In this document: one piece after another, positions 54,444-64,000 of the stretch
Layout: each line of letters starts with the position of its first letter
Numbering within the stretch: position 1 is the stretch's first letter
Source: Eledone cirrhosa
Taxonomy: Eukaryota
NCBI GenBank assembly: GCA_964016885.1
Contig: OZ024743.1
Coordinates: 372,992,001 to 373,056,000, forward strand
Length of the DNA: 64,000 bases
Direction: 5' to 3'
Program-made: the position numbers and the translations under genes
Notes under the pieces: model-generated
Databases searched by the model: none
The model's input: the letters and a program-made list of their open reading frames with translations, nothing else
Told to the model about the DNA's origin: nothing

Positions 54444-55014
54444 TCTAGTTTTGAGTGTGTGTGTGTTTTAGTTAAGTATTTCAATATATATATATATTTT
54501 TTTTTTTAAATTTATTTTTGATTTATTTTTGTTTTTTGTTTTTCTTGTGTGTGAGTGAGAAGCGTATATATATAAATATGAGTATATATATATATATATA
54601 TGTATATTCTGGTTATTTGAAATTAATTAAGTTAATGAAAAGACGAAAGTATATAATAATAATTTGTAGTTAAAGGAAAATGTACTCACAAGTTCGTGTG
54701 TGTGTGTTTTAGTTAAGTATTTCAATATATATATATTTTTTTAAATTTATTTTTGATTTATTTTTGTTTTTTGTTTTTCTTGTGTGTGAGTGAGAAGCGT
54801 ATATATATAAATATGAGTATATATATATATATATATATATGTATATTCTGGTTATTTGAAATTAATTAAGTTAATGAAAAGACGAAAGTATATAATAATA
54901 ATTTGTAGTTAAAGGAAAATGTACTCACAAGTTCGAAAACACGTGGTTTCAAATATATAATAATATAGATGTATGAAAAATGTATTAACCGGTCAATTTT
55001 CAAATATATAATGA

Positions 55015-55600
<586 letters not shown>

Positions 55601-55689
55601 ATGTAAAAGGTAACCAGAAATAACAACACAGCCGGTACAGTATATGGAAGGGATATATTAGGTTAACGCTTAAAATAGCAGGAAGAGGG

Positions 55690-55725
55690 TCTTAACGTTT
55701 CAGACGCTAGTCCTTCATCAGAAGA
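55690..55725 (-). ncRNA. Minimal type I hammerhead ribozyme with intact core
   Basis: Minus strand reads tctt-CTGATGA-a-ggac tagc gtct-GAAA-cg-TT-aaga. It sits in a ~170 bp pLTR-like piece whose end (55600-55660) is repeated at 59160-59220. Confidence 0.8.
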
Positions 55726-55862
55726 AAGAATGAGAAATAAAATAGATTGAGGGGATGGAAATATATATTTTACAGATATTGTATATATGTATGTGTGCGT
55801 TGTATATATATATTGAGAATATATATATGTGTTTTTATGTAGATATATACACGTATATAAAT

Positions 55863-55909
<47 letters not shown>

Positions 55910-56063
55910 ATATTTTTTACCAGAATCTTACAACATACTCTCTGCCTCCCTCTCATTTACTCCACTACAGTCTCTCACACTCTCTTTCTTACTTTATATA
56001 CACCAATAATATTGTTTATGATAACCAGTACTGTATATGTACTTTCTTTTCTTTCTATTTTAG

Positions 56064-56179
56064 ATTAGCCAAGTTAGTGGTAACAATGTCAGAGTAAACT
56101 TTATATGCAGTCACTCCACTTACAATAGAAGATGCTTGCATTAAAATACTCCTGAGCCAACGGCCCATCTTTCCAAAAA
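56064..56179 (+). other. Possible 5' UTR exon of the MARCH-like gene
   Basis: Strong polypyrimidine tract plus TAG acceptor, and a GTAACG donor. Splicing to 58519 would create A|TG ATG. Confidence 0.3.
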
Positions 56180-56744
56180 GTAACGTTTCTTTAATTGTCT
56201 TCATATATTCATTATTAAATCATTTAATGGGGTTTTTTTTCATCTAAATTCATTAACATTGTAAATCTAGTTAACACTTTTACAACTATTTGTTGAGTAT
56301 ATATATATATATATATCCTGAGATAAGATTTATCAGTTTTTTTTTATTGTAGTAATTAACTCATGTTTTTCAATTTATTTAATTTGCATTTATCTTTCGC
56401 TTTCTGGTTTGTAATCATTTTAACTTCAAATATATTCTAAATTTTGTTGATATCCACTATTTTTTTCTATTTTAAATGAAATTTAGCTATTAATAAAAAA
56501 TCTATATCAATTTCAAAGTAAGGTATTTGGCTATATTAGCTTCCTCAGTCATCAGCCAAACAAAAGCTGATGATTGGGGAAGCCAGTATAAGTAAATAAT
56601 CTCCAGTAATGGAATATACCTCTGAATAATAAAATTCCATGAAACTAAAAGTGTTTTTTGAAGATGTGTACCTAATTAGCATATTTCAAAGTAGATAGGT
56701 TGGAATGTTTGAAACAGTTTATGTTATTTCATTGGAGAACAGTT

Positions 56745-57097
56745 GCTGTGTGATATCTGTGGAACAGCTGTGATATCACTGGATTAACTTTGATATTTAT
56801 GGGCTAGTAATGATATCTGTAGGTGAATTACATTTGTGGATTAACTGTGATATCTCTAGATTAACTGATATCATTGGATTAGCTGTCATGTCTATAGATT
56901 AATTGTGATATCAATGAATTGACTGTGATATCTATGAAACAGTTGTGATATCTATGGATTGGCTGTAATATCTGTGGATTGGCTGTGATATCTATGGATT
57001 GACTGTGATATCTATGGATTGACTGTGATATCTATGGATTGGTTGTGGTATCTATGGATTTGTTGTGGTATCTTTGGATTAGTTGTGGTATGTATGA
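56745..57097. repeat. Degenerate 20-bp minisatellite
   Basis: About 17 units of tgtgatatctatggattgac with graded divergence. Confidence 0.85.
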
Positions 57098-57829
57098 ACT
57101 AGCCAGACGGCAACTTGGAGCCCCTGTCATTAAAACAACCAAGAGACCTCCGATTAAATGCAGCCTCATAAGAAGCCTACTAAACCTAAACCAACTTTAC
57201 AGCAGACTAAATTAGATTAAAAGTTAAACCGTTAGATGTCTGTGCCATGATAATAAGTAAGTAGTTAGATAGAAAGTAATAAAAAACAGCCATACTATAT
57301 ATGACAACCAATTGACTGTTATTTAACTTTCACTAATTTCTAGTGTCTTACAATCTCACAGTAATTTTCTATTCAATTTATTCCTCTTTTCTAATTGAGA
57401 TTTTATTTTCTTAGCCACCTACCTTGAACTTTTAACTGTTACTACAGCTGTTACTTGCAACTAAGTATGACTTGGTAGTATATATTGTGCTTTCATGAGG
57501 AGTTTAGGTAGCCAGAAAGTCCTAAGTATACATAGACAACAGGAAGTGACAGCTTCATATATTGCACTTTCATGATAGTTTTTGGTAGCCATACTGTCCT
57601 CACTATACACAGACACCAAATGAAACAGTTGTTGTTATTATTGTTTTTGTAAACTTAGTTATTTTTTTAATTTAATTAATAAATAAAAATCTGATTCCAT
57701 AGAGAACATTGTTATTTTTGTACAACAGTCTGATGGCACAGAATTTAAACAGGCGCCCTCTCCTCAACCCTCCTTCCCTTAATCCAGCTGATCATCCAGG
57801 ATGTGACAGATGAAAGGAGAGAGGGCTGC

Positions 57830-58455
57830 ACCAGTACTGCATTGGTACTTTCTTTGTAAACCCCAAAAGAGTGAAAGGCAAAGTGGTTTGTGGGCTGCAC
57901 ATGTGTGACACTTGCATTGGGTTGATAAAATAAAGTACCAATGAAATACTGGGATGTGATTTAACCAACTTTTCATTCCCCCAAACATTGCCGGCCTTGT
58001 ACCAGTGTTAGAAACCATTATTTTAAGCGTGATGGAATTGGCAGAATCATTAGAGCATTGGATAGAATGTTTTACAATATTTGTTCTGATACTCTGAATT
58101 CTCAATTCAAATCTTGCTGAAGTCAACTTCCGAGATTGATAAAATAATGTACTAGTCAAATACTGGGATCAGTATGGATCAATTTGTTCCCATCCTCCTC
58201 CAAATTAATGGCCTTGTGCCTAAATTTGAAATCGGTAGAGTGTCAGATGATATTCTTTGTGACATTTGTGCCAATTTTATATAGAATTATTTTGTTGTTG
58301 TTACGTTCTGAGTTCAAATCCCACCAAGGTCAACTTTGTCCTTCATCCTTACAGGGTTGATAAAATAAAGTACCAGTAATGCACTGGGGTCGATTTAATT
58401 GACTTTCCCCTTCCCCCAAAATGGTTGGCCTTGTGCCTAAATCAGAAACCATTAT
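57830..58455. mobile_element. Cluster of decayed family A SINEs
   Basis: Repeated gataaaataaagtacca and ggccttgtgcctaaa motifs. Confidence 0.7.
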
Positions 58456-58518
58456 TATTATCATGCCATTTTATATTATATTATTTTGGTTCTTTTTTTT
58501 TCTTTTCTGTATTCTCAG

Positions 58519-58817
58519 TGATGTATGGAATGAATGGATTTAGTGATGACAACAATGAGTATGTCATGGTCCAAGTGACCCCTTTACCAAGTGGTGAAGT
58601 GACCCCTCTTCAGAGTTACAATAACACTCCATTGACCAGTGCAAATGCTACACCATTACCTAACAAGAAGTGGCCATGTTCCAATGACTCGGACACCGGC
58701 ACGGATATTTTACCGATATGCAGGATTTGTCATCTTCCAGGGGATAAAGAAGACAGTTTGTTCAAACCTTGCCGCTGCTCTGGAACATTGAGGTTTATAC
58801 ACAATGGATGTCTCATG
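58519..58817 (+). CDS. Exon of a RING-CH (RINGv) E3 ubiquitin ligase, MARCH family
   Basis: Acceptor ttttctgtattctcag|, ATG at 58521, [35 protein letters not shown], donor |gtaaat. I did not find the exon with the last CxxC pair in the window. Confidence 0.9.
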
Positions 58818-58936
58818 GTAAATCATTCTTTTTTTTTTTCTGCTTGTTTTCCCAAGGAAAACCTGTATGAAATTTGTAATCGATAAAACTAACAAAATTT
58901 ATATCATTTTATACAGTTGATATACTCTCTCTCTCT

Positions 58937-58983
<47 letters not shown>

Positions 58984-59116
58984 CTAACTTCTTGTGTTCA
59001 CTTTGAGGAGAAATTTATTAATTACTCTATCATTGAGTGCTTTGTGACAGTCTTTGAAGATGAAGATCGGGTGCTAATCTGCTACTTGCAGCTGCAACTT
59101 CGATTATACTCATTAC

Positions 59117-59165
<49 letters not shown>

Positions 59166-59649
59166 AAAGGTAAACAGAAATAACAACACAATCAGTACAG
59201 TATATGGAAGGAATATATTATATATATATATATATATAAAAGAAGTAATGGAAAAGGTAGGTTGTCATGAAAATGTTCCTAGACAAACATGGGAAAGCTG
59301 ATGTGAAAACAATGTGTGAATAGATATATTGATATCATTCTTATGCAAGTTTTCATGAATATTATTATGATAAATATGTTTGTAAACCTTTCTTGTGATT
59401 CTAAAATGTAAATAAAAATGGCTGTTATTTAGATGGCATGACAGTCAAATGGTATATCAACCACCCACAACCTCCTATCAGCACTGTTTTATACAATTGC
59501 CTATATTGTGGAGGAAGTTTGAAGATCCTGAAATACTTGTATCTAATGTTCTGACGCAGTTACTGATGTAACTTAAAATATCCACAACGAGACTTATGTA
59601 TGTTTATTATACATAAACATATTGTATATGTTTTCATGTACACCTTTGT

Positions 59650-59810
59650 ATATGTATATATATACACAAACACACATATACTGACAAATACATATACATT
59701 TACACAAACACACATATACTGACAAGTACATATACATATACACAAACACACATATACTGACAAGTACATATACATATACACAAACACACATATACTGAGA
59801 TGTACATATA
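59650..59810. repeat. 38-bp tandem repeat, about 4 copies
   Basis: tacatatacatatacacaaacacacatatactgacaag repeated. Confidence 0.8.
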
Positions 59811-61110
59811 CTACATTTTCACACACACACACATACATACATACATTTATACATACATATATTGATATGCAGATATACATTTACACATACATACATATAC
59901 AGACATGCACATACATACATACATACAGTGATGATGTTGATACATACATACATATATTGATATGCACATATACATTTACACATACATACACACATATACC
60001 AACATGCATATATACATTTATACATGCATACATATGTATACACACACACACACACGTGTTTATAAATTTATTACGTTACATACACACTTATCTCTGAACA
60101 TATTTTGTTAATATTCTGTATAGCAACAGAAATTAGTTCTAATGTAGGCCAAGATATTGTTCATAGATGATGCTGTTTCCTTTTGAAATTATCTTGTCTA
60201 ATATAACAGTTCCTTTCAAGGTCAATATAAAAAGTACCAGTCCAGTATTGGAGTCAATTCTTTCTATATATCTCATTCTCATTCCTTCTCTGAAAGAAAT
60301 TGGCTGTGTTCAGACCTGGAGAGGATATGGACTCCACCAGGTTTAAAGTACTCCTATGATTCCATCAGGAGTTACAAGTTCATATATATGATATGACAGT
60401 ATTTTCATTGTCTTTGTCTCATCACATCATCATCATCACCATCACGTTACCATCACATCATTATCACATTATTGTTGTCTTGTCATTGTCATCATCAACA
60501 TCATTGTCAACATCAAAATCATTGTCATCATCATTATCGTTTACATCACCATCGTTTACATCATTGTCATCATCATCATCACCGTTTACATCATTGTTAT
60601 TGTGTTATCCTCAACACATCATTATTGTTATCTTGTCATTGTCATCAACACATCATCATCATCATCCACTCATCAGCTGTATATATCCATTTTCCATTCA
60701 TTAGATTACATTTAATAAACATATTTGATCAAGGCTGAAAAATTATTTGATTTTTTTTCTTTCCTAATTTCAATTAACATTAACTAACTGTTACAAAATA
60801 TTCCACTGGTTCTTATATTAATATTATTTATTAAAACATCCTTATGTGTATCCAGTTTAGAATGGGTACCTTGTATCCCTATGTATTGTAAGAAACAACT
60901 AAAAAGGTTGGTGACATGAAAGGCATCTGGCTGTAAAACATTACCTCAACCCATCCAATCTAATCCATGCCAGCATGAAAACATCAATATAAAAGTGATG
61001 ATGATATCTTTATTGGCTGACCAACAGACTTATAACTTGTTGATGTTTGTCCATCAGTAATCAATGAAGGTCATCACTTTGGTATTTTATTAATAGGGGA
61101 ATTTTGTGTG

Positions 61111-61488
61111 CACAGATGGCTGCAGAGTCTGATCTGGCACACAGATGGCTGCAGAGTTTGATCTGGCACACAGATGGCTGCAGAGTCTGATCTGGCACAC
61201 AGATGGCTGCAGAGTCTGATCTGGCACACAGATGGCTGCAGAGTCTGATCTGGCACACAGATGGCTGCAGAGTCTGATCTGGCACACAGATGGCTGCAGA
61301 GTCTGATCTGGCACACAGATGGCTGCAGAGTCTGATCTGGCACACAGATGGCTGCAGAGTTTGATCTGGCACACAGATGGCTGCAGAGTCTGATCTGGCA
61401 CACAGATGGCTGCAGAGTCTGATCTGGCACACAGATGGCTGCAGAGTTTGATCTGGCACACAGATGGCTGCAGAGTCTGATCTGGCAC
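61111..61488. repeat. 29-bp minisatellite, 13 copies
   Basis: cacagatggctgcagagt(c/t)tgatctggca with a single variable position. Confidence 0.95.
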
Positions 61489-62321
61489 AAAAATAAAAAT
61501 AACAGCCACCAGTAAGGTACATGCGGTCTGTGGCTTCATTTGAAGTGTCAACTGACTGGGTTTTGTGGAGCTCATGTTAGGTTTCCACTGCCTCATACAA
61601 GTACTTTGCACCTTAACCCTTTAGCATTTACATTACTCTATACATACTATTATATTTTTGTGGTAAAGGCTTTACCTCACATAATATCGAATCTATGAGA
61701 TTTTGATATTATTTATTTTGAGAACAATGCTTTAACATCAGTATGAGTGGCTGGTTACAGCTGGTTTGAACAGAAAGTGATCAAAGAATTCTGGTTGGTT
61801 ATGGCCAGTTTAAATGCTAAAGGGTTAATGCAGAGGAGCGTGTTCTGAGCAAACTGTTCCCAGGATTTTATGTCAATGTTAATGACTGTCAGTGTTACTT
61901 TCAGTCTATCCTTGTAATGACGTTTCTGCCTTCCAACTGTTCTCTTCCCTATAGTAAACTGAGGAGTGGCTTTGTTATCACATGTTGTTCATGTGGATGG
62001 CATGGGCTGTCCAGTGATATTTGTTGTTTTCCCACAGAGTTTGTATTGAAGGAATTTTTGAATTGAAGGAATGTTTGTATTGAAGGAATTTTTGTCCATT
62101 AGAACACTTCTGTATCTGCGACATTCTCTTGACACTTAAAGCTTAACAATCCACGGAGAGATGTGGTGTGAAGATGATTCATCTGTTTGGTGTGTCTGCT
62201 CTAAATACTCCATGTCTCACATGCAGAGAGGAGTATCAAGAGTACAACTGCTTTATAGTAATCCTGGTTATCTCTACAATCCCTGACTATAGAGAAGAGG
62301 TCTTGAATTTGTGGTATAGAG

Positions 62322-62465
62322 CAGGGGTCTCAAATATGTGGCCCACAAGCTACTTTTCTGTGGCCTGTGGCAAAACAATTTTTATAACTTATATTTTCTT
62401 AAAACTTGGCAATTTGTCCCTCAGGACTTAACAGCCCTTTTGAGTACTTGAGTTTGAAACCCGTG
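62322..62465. mobile_element. hAT-type MITE
   Basis: caggggtctcaaa ... tttgaaacccgtg with a degenerate 8-bp TSD gtatagag / ctatggag. Confidence 0.6.
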
Positions 62466-62529
62466 CTATGGAGCTTAGCCTCAAAATCCGAGCATGCTTT
62501 AGCTATCTTGTAATTGACCTCATCATCAA

Positions 62530-62800
62530 TGAGAACACAGCTCTGATACTATGGGGGACATGTGGTTAGAATGTCTCAGGAAAGAACCACTGGACAGATT
62601 TTATGGGCAAAACCAACTGGTAGGAGACCCAGGGGTAGACCTTGAGCAAGATGGATGGATAACATCTATGAGCTTGGCTGGTCTCACTTGGAGATCCAGC
62701 TGGAGACGGTTGCATCTGACAGGGCCTGCTGGAGGGAGTGTTTGAGGACTCTGCCCCCACAGCCCTCTCAGGAATAAGTGAGTGAAGAAGAAGAGAAGAT
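62530..62800 (+). mobile_element. Expander-like RTE 3' fragment
   Basis: Homologous to 40030-40300. Confidence 0.75.
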
Positions 62801-63279
62801 CAATGTGGGCAAGTCTGAAAGAGAAAGCTACCAAGAAAGGAGATATTACATTTACTTCTCCACTGTCTGACGGCAGATATCTTTGACCATTATTTTTGAT
62901 GATTTGGTGTACTCGTGACCTGGTGAGGGTTGCTACATCACTTCAGATTTTTTTAATTAATTAATAAACCAACAACCTAGATGCCATGTGCTGTCAAAAG
63001 CAACTAATTTGTTCTTTTTTTTTCTTTTCTTCTTTTTTACTTTTTTTTTTTTTTCATAGGAGTTCCATTCATAAGACTAAATGAATCCATAATCCTTTAG
63101 AGACCACTCAGTTTGTATGCAGCACTTTACTAACTCCTGATATTGGAGCAAAATGAAATCTCAACTACAGACCTGAGTGGCACCATCTATGCTTGCTCCA
63201 CTCCACTGCTTAATTGACCAAACCCACTTTTCACTGTCAACTGCTTTGCACATAAAACATGTAGGACCACTACTACTTC

Positions 63280-63347
<68 letters not shown>

Positions 63348-63774
63348 ATTGATCTCTCTCTATCACTAAACAATACATTAGAATTATTAAAAGGTCTACC
63401 ATTTCTCTCTCTCTCTCACTCTCACTTTCAACTCTTTCTCTCTGTATATACATATAAATAAAGTCACCTGACAGCAAGAGCTCAGCCGTCAAGTCCTGAC
63501 TCTTTATAATATAGCCATACTCTACTACCCCAAGTATTGAGTACTCTGTTGAGTAATGATCTAACTAGTTTTAAACTGGTTCTATCCTAATATATATATA
63601 TGTAAATAAATAGATAGTATAATTTCAATGGAAGAGAGCCCTCCATTGGCATTATAGTATATATATTTATTTACTCTGCACCTAAACATGTATTGAGTAC
63701 TACCCTCATTTGTGGTCTTCACCATCCACGAACCATAAATACACCGTGTGTGTGTGTGTGTGTGTGTGTGTGTT

Positions 63775-64000
63775 GGGGTGGAGTGTAAAGCCACATGGCT
63801 TAATGATTAAAGTGTTTTGCTCAAGATTGTGAGTTTAATTCTCGGTGTCACGTTGTGTTTTTGAGCAAGACACTTTATTTCATGTTCTTCTTGTCCATTC
63901 AGCTGGTGAAAATATGTTACACACACTGTCCTGCTGAATCTCCCTGTATAAATACTCAGCCACTTAGATATTAATTTCGTCAGTAAGCTGTTCTATTGGT
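63775..64000 (+). mobile_element. Family B SINE, decayed, truncated by the window end
   Basis: Similar to 4025-4305 (gagcaagacactttatttcatgtt...ctgaatctccctg). Confidence 0.6.

Larger units (their letters stand above)
50191..54950 (-). mobile_element. Apparently full-length, intact CR1-group LINE
   Basis: 5' UTR with a ~240 bp tandem duplication, ORF1, ORF2 (APE + RT), short 3' UTR, (TTCAAAGTTA)2 tail and (TA)n flanks. Confidence 0.92.

Noticed and set aside
61061-61611. Cys-rich repeat ORFs resembling a zinc-finger or metallothionein protein
   Set aside because: The 29-bp unit is not a multiple of three and all three minus frames give the same cycling peptide.
63030-63080. Strong acceptor as the next MARCH exon
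   Set aside because: The phase-0 reading stops after four codons and lacks the expected W...CxxC.

Overview
AT-rich, repeat-dominated animal genomic DNA. The SINE families and long (TA)n/(TATG)n tracts suggest an octopus or other coleoid cephalopod, which is an inference. Host-gene content is small: one RING-CH (MARCH-type E3 ligase) coding exon at 58519-58817, and two inverted copies of an RMND5/GID2-like first coding exon inside a 1.7 kb foldback transposon (35767-37492) that is itself nested in a hAT MITE. The rest is mobile DNA. It includes an apparently intact CR1-group LINE (50191-~54950, minus), a near-complete Penelope-like element (5639-8958, minus), two young 5'-truncated RTE LINEs with a PHD-type finger inside the RT, fragments of CRE, HERO, Ingi, Tx1 and mariner elements, many SINEs and MITEs, and minisatellites. 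Four observations stand out. (1) The gene-capturing foldback element with Merlin-like ends. (2) A likely -1 ribosomal frameshift joining a Myb/polyQ/2xCCCH ORF1 to an AUG-less ORF2 in the LINE. (3) A set of type I hammerhead ribozyme motifs next to (TA)n tracts, twice arranged as back-to-back palindromes. (4) A candidate HDV-like ribozyme. All family assignments come from motif recognition by eye; no database search was run.
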